Below, piece by piece: positions 1-12,100 of a DNA stretch of 64,000 nucleotides. The first letter of the stretch is position 1. Every line of letters begins with the position of its first letter. Below the pieces are notes generated by a model. The model did no database searches. It saw only the letters and a list, made by a program, of their open reading frames with translations, and had not been told where the DNA came from. Origin of the DNA: Phoronis australis (lineage: Eukaryota > Animalia > Phoronida); NCBI GenBank assembly GCA_002633005.1, contig NMRA01000727.1, positions 1 through 64,000 on the forward strand, given 5' to 3'. The position numbers were made by a program, and so were the translations under genes.

Positions 1-68
1 GGTTGTTGTTTGTCTGTAATGAGATTGTGATGTGCGTGCACCGGTTGTTGTTTGTCTGTAATGAGATT
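1..68. repeat. Short direct repeat (26-bp core, 42-bp period), truncated at window edge
   Basis: GGTTGTTGTTTGTCTGTAATGAGATT at 1-26 and 43-68. Confidence 0.7.
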
Positions 69-112
69 AAGTGCCTGAAGTGACTCGCTGTTTTGACAAC
101 ACATGAACAATG

Positions 113-259
113 AAGGGTCGTCATGACTACTGCTACACAGTTGGTCTCAAGGGTCGTCATGACTACTGCTACACAGTTGGTCTCAAGGGTCGTCATGACT
201 ACTGCTACACAGTTGGTCTCAAGGGTCGTCATGACTACTGCTACACAGTTGGTCTCAAG
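113..259. repeat. Minisatellite, 36-bp unit x4 perfect
   Basis: AAGGGTCGTCATGACTACTGCTACACAGTTGGTCTC repeated head-to-tail four times with no spacers. Confidence 0.95.
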
Positions 260-506
260 TCGCTATTCAAGAGGTTAAGTCAACTTAATGAAACTAGTAT
301 TGTACATTCAGAATATGTCCCTCTGTCTATCCCAACCCAACTAATTACCCTAATCTGAATAAGGAACAAGTTGAGACATGTGATGTGGTCTCAGTCAGAA
401 GTTAGCTTTTTAGGTTAGAGGAAAAACAAGCTGATATGGAAAATGTCCTGAAAATGTTTTGCAAATGTTTTGCATATGTTTTGCATATTTTGCTTTGATG
501 TTGCAG

Positions 507-632
507 TTCTGAATGGCTCACCAGGCTTCATCAACTTGTGTGATGCCTTCAATGCCTGGCAGTTGGTCAAAGAACTCAAGGCAGCCCTAGATATGCCGGC
601 TGCTGCTTCCTTCAAACACGTTAGTCCCGCCG
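507..632 (+). CDS. ATIC: Internal exon of bifunctional purine biosynthesis protein ATIC/PurH (AICAR transformylase region)
   Basis: ttgcag|exon|gtgagt, 126 bp, phase 1-1; translates (V)[41 protein letters not shown](G), containing the conserved FKHVSP catalytic motif of PurH. Confidence 0.93.
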
Positions 633-1406
633 GTGAGTAGAGCCTCATAATTGGCAGTCTTGTTAGTGAATTTAAAATTACTATGACAGGGCTCAACATT
701 GACTTTTTAAGCCACTTNTGCCCTTTGAGCAAATAGTTGAAATGTTTTGCCCGAACAACAAATTCACTTGCCCCAAGTACAATCCCAAATAGCACCGTGC
801 ATGTGCACACCTAGGTAATGTGTTACCGTAGGGCTGCCTGTGCTGAGCCTCCTCTTGTATCGTGCATGCTATGTACACGAGTTGCTATTTTTTAACGATT
901 CTTATAGAACATTTATTTATAAGGTGTGTCAAAACACTAGAGGGACAAATTAGTAGAGTAACTATGATATCTGAACCATCGTCTCACGTTCACAGGCGCC
1001 GAAATGAGCTAGGACATGAACTCTAGACACTTCTGTGTATTCATTAGTTTATACGCCCTCATGCATTAAACTTGAGTTGTTGCTTAACTGAATTTGAATT
1101 TTTGCTATCCATAAAAATCTTGCACAGTTTTGGTCATCGGTACCTTGTATTAAATTAAAATCAAATTTTAACATATAATAATGCAACATGTACTTTTATT
1201 TTCAATAAATACATTTTTGAAAAATAGATAGATCGCGAGAAAGTCACCTTTCAGAGTGACAATCCTGAAGACTGTATTCCTCTTCTTTCGGGAGTCGCCA
1301 CTGGGAGCCGGGAATTCATAAGAATTTCCTTTGGTATTCCCCCTGAATAAATACCAGGCCTTTAAAACTGCTGTGTAGTGTAGAAAATATGTGGTGAATC
1401 ATTCAC

Positions 1407-1545
1407 TTTTTATGCGCCCACATATTTATATGTGGACGCATTATGCCGTCATCTCTGTCCGTCCGTCCGGCCGTCCGTCCGTCCGGGCGGCGTCCGGCGT
1501 CCGCTGCTCTATCTCCAAAACCCTTTGACATACGTTCATGAAATT
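1407..1545 (+). mobile_element. Truncated duplicate of the 5' end of the adjacent HINE-like element
   Basis: Near-identical to 1565-1690: TTTTTATGCGCCCACATA..TATGTGGACGCAT palindrome plus (TCCG)n microsatellite. Confidence 0.75.
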
Positions 1546-1564
1546 TATTTCTTTGTTAGAAAAC

Positions 1565-2331
1565 TTTTTATGCGCCCACATATTTATGTGTGGACGCATT
1601 ATGCCGTCATCTCTGTCCGTCCGTCCGTCCGTCCGGGCGGCGTCCGCTGCTCTATCTCCAAAACCCTTTGACATACGTTCATGAAATTTGGCACATATGT
1701 TCCATTCATGAATGGAACGGCATGTGTGAACTTTCGGACGGATCTGACTACCGGTGTGCCCCCTAGTGGCAATTTTAGTTTTTTACGCTTACCTTTGTAT
1801 CTTCAAAAGTCCTGAACGGATTTTCATGAAATTTGTTATGTAGGCACCTATTAGTGAGATGAGGCTATCCTGCCGTTTTCAGATGGATTCGACATAGTTT
1901 GCGCCACCTAGTGGCCATTTTTAGTGTTTTCGAGTCTGTATTTTTGCGTCCACCCCTCTATCAATCAAACCGCTCAAAGGATGATTGTGAAAATTGCCGT
2001 GTATGTGCTTACTATAAGGAAGACAGCTGACAAAGATTTTCAGACGATTTGGACTACTGTGGCACCTCCTAGTGGCAGTTTTGTTTTTTTTACGCCCATG
2101 GTTGTATCTCCCAAACCGTTTGCAAGATCTTTACTAAATTTAGCAAGTGTATTTATGTGATGTTGACAACGGACGATGACGACTTTAGGATGATTCTGAC
2201 TNTGACCATGCCTTTCCATTTTGCAAAGTATGCCCTCTACTGGCCACTTTATGGTACCAATAAACAACCCTAGAAGGAAACCGTATGCGGTGCAATTGTG
2301 GGCGCATTTCAACGCTCCGCGTTGCTCTTGT
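1565..2331 (+). mobile_element. Non-autonomous Helentron-associated (HINE/DINE-1-like) element
   Basis: 5' T-run and subterminal IR ATGCGCCCAC pairing with GTGGGCGCAT (2298-2307); 5' palindrome; (TCCG)n microsatellite; about 150-170-bp internal core repeats; 3' hairpin CAACGC-TCC-GCGTTG (2310-2324). Confidence 0.75.
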
Positions 2332-3460
2332 ATGAGAAAGCTGTCGAGATCCCACAAACTGCAAGGTAAAAAGTAGCCTCGGTGCAAACCGTATTTATAC
2401 GGTAGTCCTAAAACAGCTACTGTGGCTGGCTGCTAGGCTTGTTAGCTCCACGTTGTTTTCCCACGCGTTGCGCATGCTCAATTCCAAACCGTGGACCCGT
2501 GTATTTAGCAAAGGGCGCCTAAAGGTTTCACAAGCGCACTGTTTTCAAGTTTGTCACAAAAGCTGGAGAACAGCACATACAATGACAGCCAGTACCCACT
2601 TCTTCAACAGAGCTGAAGATCCACCGGAGTGAGCTCACAGATTTCGACCTGCCGACAACCATTAGTTGTGAGCCTAATGCCAACTCTTGAACCAAGTGAC
2701 TGCCTTAGTTCACCAGTTCACTGCTAGGTGAAAAATGAAAATGGCGTAGTGGCGAGAAACGGCCATAGCAAAACGTTGAATGTTCGAGTGCACGAGTAGG
2801 GCTTTATTTTCATGCAGTTATATTATTTTAGAAGATACGTTCATGTCCACGCAATCATAATTTCGACGTGTGCACGAAGGTTAATATTTGACATCCAATT
2901 CGAGTGTGAGAGTAGGCCATACTCTAAACTTTCAGTTGTACGGACTTTCGACCCTGTTTACGGGTTGGTTCACCTGATTACCGGACGATATGAAATTTGG
3001 GAGTAATACATTTTTGCACACATCGATTCCAATCTGTATTTTGACGCTAGTCTTTATAGTGCTGGGTGGCTATCTATCTTTTCACCTGCTTGCTTTCTTC
3101 ACAGTTTGTTTGACCGTCATTTTTTAGTTATTATCTAATTTAAAACTGTTACAAACTATACGTTTTCTTTAAATAGGTTCGAAACGAAATACGTATAAAA
3201 TTTCAACGATATCAAAGAAGTCGGGATCGTCAGACGAGCAGGTCGTCCCAGTCGTCTGTCCACTCCAAGTCTCGCGGCAGCAGTCTGTCAACGCGCGCAA
3301 CTCACTTAGACCATACATCAAGACAATCACGTGATGAGCACGCGAGCTTTACTCATTCTGAATGCACGAAAACGATGTCAAGTACAGAAAACCAATGTTC
3401 GACCCAAGACAAAGTCGTGTGCAAGACAATCCTGAACAATGACAACAATGCTCAAACGAT

Positions 3461-3517
3461 ATTGTTACACGAAAATGGAGACGTTCACACTGTCTAGCTG
3501 AAATCATCAAGCCCATG

Positions 3518-3571
<54 letters not shown>

Positions 3572-3622
3572 ACACGAATATGGAGACGTTCACACTGTCT
3601 AGCTGAAATCATCAAGCCCATG

Positions 3623-3660
<38 letters not shown>
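3461..3660. repeat. About 105-bp tandem duplication, each unit ending in (TA)n
   Basis: ATTGTTACACGAA(A/T)ATGGAGACGTTCACACTGTCTAGCTG...GTACCT(TA)n at 3461 and 3566. Confidence 0.9.
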
Positions 3661-3666
<6 letters not shown>

Positions 3667-3894
3667 ATGGCCATTGGTACAAAGTATAAATAGTACAGGG
3701 CAGTGAGATGTCAGGAGACCCCCCCTAGAAACTCCGTCCGATAGCATGGGAGTGAAGTCTCTCGACACACTGATTGGATTATTGTGTTCATCGGGTGGTC
3801 CCGATGAGGACTGTTCTAAAACCCCTTAGACCCCGACACTCCACGACCCCCTCCACCCACGACCCACGACAACAGATGTATGTTTGCATTTTTT

Positions 3895-4544
3895 ACACAT
3901 ACTGGTGTGCGCCCTGGTGGCAATTTTAGATTTTACGTTGACCTCTGTATCTGGATTTTTATAAAATTTTGAATACAAGCATCTATTGGTGAGATGACAC
4001 TAACCTCCCATTTTTGGATGGAATCGAGGTAATTTGCGCCACGTAGTGGCCATTTTTGCTGTTTTTAGCGCCCACCCCTCTGTCAACCAAATCATTCAAC
4101 GGATGGCTTTGGAAATTGGCGTTTATGTTCTCTGTGCGAAGAGGATGGTTGACGATGACGAATTTGACTACTGAGGCGTCTCTAATGGTAGCTTTGTTTT
4201 GTTTTTTGCCCATAGCTGTATCTCCTAAACCCACGGCTTGGTCTTTATTAAATTTAGTAAGTGCATTTATATGAAGCTAACAACAGACAATGGCGACTTT
4301 CAAGCGGATCCAATGAACACTGTGCCCCCTATTGGCAATTTCATTTTATTCTGTTTTTCTTTGTTTCTCTGAAGTTCCGTGACAGGTTTCTATGAAATTT
4401 GGTGACTAGCTTTCTATTACAGAAGCTATGACCTGTTCCCATTTTCGGATGGATTGTACGTTTTTGCGCCATCTAGTGACCATAAAAGCAAACTGTTTGC
4501 GATGCATTCGTGGGCGCATTTCAACGATCCGCGTTGCTTTTGTT
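3895..4544 (+). mobile_element. Second, 5'-truncated and diverged copy of the HINE-like family
   Basis: Colinear with 1750-2331; same 3' end GTGGGCGCATTTCAACGATCCGCGTTGCTTTTG at 4510-4542. Confidence 0.7.
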
Positions 4545-5918
4545 ATAAGCAGGAGTGTACTCAACAACGTCTATGATCTGGAACATCTCGTTATTTTTTT
4601 CTTAGCCTCAAATTAACCCTCGGAGGTGTTTCATGTCAGCGCATGTGCGAATTCAATCCTTTCAACAAGGATTTGGTGAAGAAAGGGAGGCTTCAGCGAA
4701 GCAACTAAGTCTTAAAATTTGTACACCAACGGTCATCGATTCTCAATCCTTAGCCTGTCCGCTGAAGTACTGCTAACTGTTTAAGCCTCTCACTGCAGAG
4801 GTATCCCGGCGTTCTCAATGACATTTTTCCGTTTTGAGAGTCACATTACTTTTTTGACTGAAGTTCGCACATTTGCAGACATGGATCACCTCAAAGGAAT
4901 ACTTTGTGGCTTCGACAATTCCTTCGTACGTGTTTGGGATGGATAACGCCACACCAAAATTGACGAATATTGCGTATCGAACGATCTTGCTTTCACTATA
5001 CGCAGATGAGTGCCACTACTGACTAGTACTTTCTTTGTCAACTCCGATTGGTTTTATTGCAACACACGTACGAGAATGATTCTAACGTTATGTATGTACC
5101 TCATATCGCTAACCAAGCTAGCGCACAAAGGCAAAATGCACATAGGTATAGCATGTAAATTCTAGTCACTGGCCTGTCATATACATGTAAGTGTGGCTAA
5201 CAGAAAACATGTAGGTATATAGTATTTATTTCGGTGGAAACCCGTTAGCTCATACTGTCTACAGATAAACTGAGCGCAACGCAACCTACATGTAGTTTGT
5301 GGCTTTCTATTTCTGAGCTTGCATTACACAACGGCTAATGGGGTGTGCGAATCTTGCCCTGAAATTTACTAGCAGTCTGTGCAGAAAACACTCAATTTGG
5401 GACGTTATTTTCTGTTCCCGAGTGCCTGCAGCTTGATTGCTCATCTTTCCAGATATTGCTTTTATCGATTGTATCGCATACTTGTCACCACAAGGTTATA
5501 ATAACATATGATCTTTATTTTGCCAACCTCGGTTTCATTTTCATCTCCAGAAACGTAACTCATTTGTGGCTTATCTTTTTTAATCGTCGGGTCATATGTC
5601 AAACACAAGTAGGTACATGTATTTTGCAACGGTTATGCCTTACTGTATATCTCTAAAACTTTGCACATGCGATGTGCGATGTATATGGTAAGGCTGTATA
5701 GCTATTTGGATCGCTTTACTTCGAGCATCAACGATACCACCGTTAGCTGCAAAACAATGAGAGCTTAATTGTTCAGTGTACATGACTATATTGATCTACA
5801 ACGAAATGTGTCCATAAACTTGACAGTAACTATAAAGCACTCAAGAGGCCCGTGTTGGGGCTGTCATTCGGCACATTACTCGGCGCTGTTATGAAGGTAG
5901 CCCCTCCAGCATTTGACC

Positions 5919-6199
5919 TTACAGATCCTCGTGGCTTTGGTCCTGAGCAGCATCTTTGCCATCCATTGCAGTAATGGCCGTGCTGTCTTGCAACGCATGG
6001 TCATGCGATAGATCGTCTGGCAAGGAGTCTGGCTCCCCTGTATTCCCTCCGCTGTCAGCAGCTGTGGACATCATGGATCCTGAAAGGCTGGCACGGTTGT
6101 CCTTGCGGCTCGATCGCAAGGAAATGTACGAAAAGGCGACAATTCCCAACACAAATGCACCTGATATAACAATCCAGATACTGAATCCTTTCGATACCA
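5919..6199 (-). CDS. Coding exon 15: transmembrane helix and cytoplasmic tail
   Basis: ttacag acceptor, phase 1; VVSKGFSIWIVISGAFVLGIVAFSYISL then basic RSSRK (positive-inside rule), S/D-rich tail to TAA. An alternative GTAAGG donor overlaps the stop. Confidence 0.65.
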
Positions 6200-9100
6200 C
6201 TGTAATTAAGCGTTACGGTACCAGTTTAAGTCACTGAATGAGAAAGTCGCCTGGGCAAAATAATACACTCAGGGAACATGAAACGTCACAAAAATTGGCT
6301 ATCTAATATGCAATTTACGCACGAATTTTGGCATGTGCATACAGTAGGTCTTGTCAAGGACTTTCTTATCTGTGTCATTTGTTGCCAACTACGATTAACA
6401 TATCTCTGGTTTTTCGAGATGACTGTTCTATTATTGATTGATTTTTCGTGCCATATGCTCGACATGCTACATGCGACATCTGTTTCTCGATACGACATAG
6501 ACTTCTTGACTTGTTGAAAATTTTCTGATGACTTCGGTCCGACACAGGACAATTTCTCAAGTTTCAGTGTAGCAGCTGCTTCAGCGTTCTGGAACAACGT
6601 TTTTGTGTTCCACATTTCTTACCGTTTGCACGATACAGACTTCACTGTTTGTTTGATTGAAATAATATTAGGACGCAATACGAGTCTTCTCGAGATTTAC
6701 TGCTCAGTGGACAACAGAAAACGATGTGAGTGCCCTTAAAAGAAACCTCTTTGCAAATCCTTTTGCATAAAGATGCAAAGATTCAACAAATGTTTTAAAT
6801 TATTATTTATTTTTGGGAGGAAAAGTTTAAAAAGATAATGAGCTTTGATTTAGCCTATTCAACGTCTATTAATCAAACAAAGGTTCTAACGCCGACTAGT
6901 TTATTGTAGAAAAATTAACGTATAGGGCCACAATGGGGCGATTGTCGAGAGATTATGATGAGTGCCAGATTGTTGGCGTCAAAAGTCAATCGTGCTAAGA
7001 ATCGAAATAAAACTGGCGAACTATTAGATGGCTGTGCCGGAAAAGACCAGGATTCATTTAGGGAAACAGCCTGGGGCGTTCGCGAAATAATATGGAGGTG
7101 GCAGAACCAGCTTTGGGTGAAATCATCGAAACAGGATTTACATGTATTATTTAAACCTTTAACTAAGCAGGATTACATGTAATTTCATCTTTAGTACTTG
7201 AAACTGCGATTTTTCATGTTCCCACCTCAGCGCAACTTTCTAGTTCAGAGATTCATTTAGACAGGGCATTGACTACTGAGATGAATTCAAAACATAACCG
7301 TGAGAAATTTCTGCATATTCAAGATTTGTTGGCTAAATCTATCTGGAGTTGTTGGAGGCGGTATTATCGGCTGCGCTCTTGTGGTCTACAGTACGTTGTC
7401 ATTGATATTGTTAGCCTTACTGTCTATACATGACGGTCACATTTTCCTTTTCACTCGGATGATTTCATCAAGTGTCCTTGCCTTACAGCGGTTTATTTTG
7501 ATCATCCTGCCCAAGAATATTACATAGGAAGGCCTTCTTGTGCCGGTGATTGTAAATGAGATTTCTCAGTGCAAGCGCGCTTGCCGAAAATGGATGATCA
7601 TGTCTCGCTCTGCTTCGAGAGCGTTTTCATAGCGTAGTAAGGTGTGTACACTTTGATCAATTGGATTTCGCTTTTAATCATGAATCTCTTGGTCATGGTC
7701 CGGTTCAACATTAACCGAATGTACTAGAAAAGAGAAGGGAATGCTGCAACAAAATACTTGAAAATGTTCCTGAAAATGCCCTAATCCTAACTGGAATGAA
7801 GCCCACTTTCACATGTGGCAGCCTTACATGCGCGGACCCGGGGGCAGTGCGCGCGTGCTTAATACGCTGATTTGGCGAAGCAAGGTGAACACCAACCCTT
7901 AACTCATTCGCGAAATGACAGAATAGAAAGATTTACCGTCTGATGTGTTATTGTGTTGTTTTCCGGAAGATAGTAACAGCTTGTCGGTGACTTGGAGCCG
8001 CCATGTTGTGACGTTGAATAATTATGAAACCCACAATGCAGCGAATCACTTCCCATATTAAAAAGGCCTTCCTGCAAACACTTGCCGCAAGCTTGTCGCA
8101 ACTTTACGATAAGGTTGCTGCAAAATTTTCCGCAAACCAGCCGCAAACAGGTAGAATCAACTCTGACCAAAGAGTGGATGCAAATTTCCTGCAACCCAGC
8201 CGCAAACATTGCCGCAAGCTTGCCCCAAACATCTTCATGGGGTTATATAGAAGTTTCTGCGAACCACCAGAAAAATATTGCCGCAAGACTACAACATACT
8301 TGAATTGTGGCACGAATAATTTAATGCAGAAGTGTCCTTGACAAATGCATAATTTTTATTGCATGCCCGCTTGTTAAAACAAGAAAATACACTATCAGCT
8401 GCACACTGGATTTAACATGATAATTTTCAATCCGATGTATAATGACTAGAAATGAAAACAAAATCACATGACAATGAATAACAGAAATTATAAAAGTGTC
8501 TACAGTGGCAATTAGTAATAATACTTGTATTACAATCAAAATTGTATCAAGAGAGAACAACTTGAATGTATGCAAGCTTTAATTACAACATACCGAGAGG
8601 TTTTATTCTTAACGCACGACAAAATCTATAATAATTGCAACAATGATGTTATTTACCTGACTAAACTAACAAAGGCAACACACAGCATTTAAATGCGCCC
8701 AACGGTGTGTTTATTAGGATTGAAAATGGCGCATTTAATATGTCGAATGCCAGTGGAGAAAACCATGAAATCTGACTTTTCCCCGTGGAAAGACATACAT
8801 AGAATAGCATGTCGAGCATATTTAAGCATTTTATTTTAAATTACCTCATTACTTGTCAACTGAAAAAATCACTCTTAACAATTATAAAAATATTTATTTT
8901 TCCCATGTTCATCTAAAATACTTGAAAACTGTCGAATACTCCATCGATTACTATTTTTGCTTCCCAATATGGTTTCATGATACATCAGTCTACCGAATGG
9001 ACTATCATTAAACCTGTACGCCTTTGTTGAAATTTGCAATATTTCGACTATAGCGATATCATCCAATCATCATTCATTTATCTAAGGCATCAAACATAAA

Positions 9101-12100
9101 TTATACCTTTCCATTCTTCAATGTTACCATGGTGTTGAAAAGAACTACAGAGGTTATCCAGTTATAACCATACTACAGGACGTTCTAAACACATTCTACT
9201 CCAGACTAATCTGCATTACAGCAATCAGTGGTGTCCCATAGGGATCATATGGGATGATCGCTCGTGTTTTCTTCCATGTTTGTTCTAACCAACCTTGAGA
9301 TGCTGTGTACGCCATTTGTTCCGGTGTTTTCAACTTAAACTTGTTGCCTCATAACCTCTGCAGTGTGTCTGGCTTTCATCAAGTACATTATGTCACTCAA
9401 TATTCATAAACCTAAAATATGAATGCCATTTCACTTTGGCATTTGTGATAGCATTATTAGAATCTCAATTACGTTTTAAGTCGAACTTTTGCTCTTCTGT
9501 TCATGTATGAAGAGACAGTTGAATGATTTTACTGCAGACTGAGAACTGGCGTATGACTGAAGTTGATGGCACTTAAAACACCTACCAGTAGTTAAATATA
9601 CAATATGCTAATCTTATTTTGTGCCCAATAGTTACCATGCATTAAACCAAAATAAAAATTTGTTGTTCCTATAGTAAATCAAGCAGTCAGAGAGCGATGT
9701 GAAAACTGACACAAACTTAAGTTTTACAGTCTCAATTAAGTGATTATTTTGAAGGACTGGTTACTTGTAACTTGCAAAGTTTTGGAAACTAGTTGATTCT
9801 GGTCTCAACCCCAGTTAACTAATTTGAAATCTGCGCTGTACTTTTCCCTAACCATTATAACCTCCAATTTGGCTGAATCAGTAAGAAAACAACTTCCTCT
9901 TGTTTGTAAGACCAAAACTACTGATTCATGAATGAAGTTTAAGTAACTTTTACTTATCGATCACATCAACGTAAATACAATTTTAAATTCAAAACTCACA
10001 CCCATACAGTTCTTCAGTTATCCATGTAGAGTCTAGGCTTTACGAAAACCGTTTGAATTTGGTTCAAATGAAAGCTTATATGTCACTTCCCAGGCATGTA
10101 ACCTTGAAACCACATGCTTTCCTTGATAACAGTCCCACCAGATCAACATTTGGTTGGCTAGCATAATTTAAATAAACAATCAAAAGCCCTAGAGGCATTA
10201 AACAGTAAAGGAGCATGCCACCCAAAAAGCAACCTAATTTGTATCAATTTAGATCGAGTAGTTCTACTCCATAACAACATGTACGGTTGCGTTACCTGAC
10301 ACCTGACGGCAGACGGAGGTGTTGAAATTATCCAATGACGTCATCGGTTTCACACGCAGTCTGTTCAGCAGTTCACAACACGGGTTACTGGTGTCAGCTT
10401 ATCGCTTGAAGTCATCGTTTAACACCAATAAATCATCAAACTTCGATGTAGAACCCTTAAAAACACACCGAAATCTTTTGAAAACGTGTTGTTACTCTGC
10501 GCGTGTACAGTAAGCGCAGAGTCCTGTTGTTCCTGGGTTTTCTTCAATTTTATTCTTCTTATTCTTCTTATTCTTATTCTTCTTCCGACCAACTTTGAGG
10601 CTTAATAACTCCAAATTGGGTGCAGGTACGATCTTTAAATTCAGCATATGACTTTTGACAGTATATAAATTTTGATTGGTTATATAATTATATTCCATAT
10701 TGCACCGGAAGAGGTCGTTTAGATGCTTAAAATGCACCGGAAAAGGTCAATTAGTGCAAAGGTCATGTAACGTTCAAAATGTTATATGTCTTACATTTTT
10801 CAAGGAATTCTTTTGCATACAAATGTACTCGTGTAAGTCAACATGCCAAATGAATACCATACTTTACTTTGCAATAGGCCTAACCAATCAGGAAAAATAG
10901 GTCAAAGGTCATTGAGTGCAAACTAAAATTTTGAGCTAGAGACTTCAGAATTACGTATCTGTTTACTAAGAGTGATTGAGTTTGAATTCTAAATTTGCAG
11001 GTCATATGGTGCACCCATGGGGTCATTAGGTGCATTTTTCTTCTGAAAATTGGACCACTTCATTCATCTTGTATTATGAAGTGCTTAAAGTAAAACATCT
11101 GTGATTATTAGCATTAACCAAGCTTTTAATCCAGTGAACAATTACTCCCTCATCGGGGCTCATAATTCACCGGAAGAGGTCAATTAGTGGAAAGGTCATC
11201 AAAAATTAATATGTAATTTCTCCTACAATTTTAAAAAAATCCTTTTCATATTCGTAAACGGGTTGCTGTCAGTAACTTCCCATAATAATTCCAGTAATAC
11301 ACACGCGCAGAGTCCATTATTGTCACGCCGTGACAATAATCTTTCTAGTTTTATTTTGCTCTTACGGATTTATTGGTATTTGGACACACCGTAGCCCACA
11401 AAGTTCGGCAGGCCAATAAGGTCCGTAGGAGGAGTTTGGAGTCGGACTAGATAATTTCGAAGTATTTTCCATGAGATACAGACAGGAGAACCTAGATCTG
11501 TGTTGTTTAGACTTGTGATTTTTTTAATTCTAAACACAAAACGCTTGTTATCCTGGCCAGTGACTCGCGGCCGGTCGGATTGACTCGTTATCCCCGCCAG
11601 TGGCTCGGAAACTGATCGGACATCACGAACATAAACCAGCCAAAGTTCAGTGGAAATTAAACTTCCAGTCAAGAAAATACTATACTAGTGAGCCAAAGTA
11701 ATGTGCACCTGATTATGTTGTTGAATTAGCCACGAAACTGCAAATCTACTTACTCGTCGGGGGCCGCGAATTCAGGTTCCGCTTTGGCCACAGCACCGTC
11801 AGGTCAGAAGTAGTACATTGACAATCATTATTTGAGTAATGTAAATGTAAATAAATATTCCCCGAACACCTGGCCGTGGGATGGAAATTAAGTTATTTCA
11901 CAACAGTTTCTGCCAGCAAACACTAAATTAGCATGAGCTCACACGGCCTAGGTGTCCCGTCAATTAGTTTTATTGCAATTAAAGCCGGTAACGCAGTGAT
12001 TTATTCATTGCAGGCTTCTCAAATCATTTGCACTCACGAACATTCCAAAGGCATTACAAAGTGCATCTAATGAGACAGTCTCCGTTTCAGTTTTATATAA

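Noticed and set aside
113-259. 36-bp repeats as a CRISPR array, or ORF 110-358 as a repeat protein
   Set aside because: No spacers, eukaryotic context and no cas genes; the ORF is a by-product of a stop-free 36-bp unit.
4846-5020. Possible extra terminal exon of the receptor gene (minus strand)
   Set aside because: Weak acceptor, no recognisable domain, and the TM exon already ends in an in-frame stop.
7904-8341. Overlapping ORFs here and at 14832-15363
   Set aside because: Translations of transposon subterminal repeats, open in several frames.
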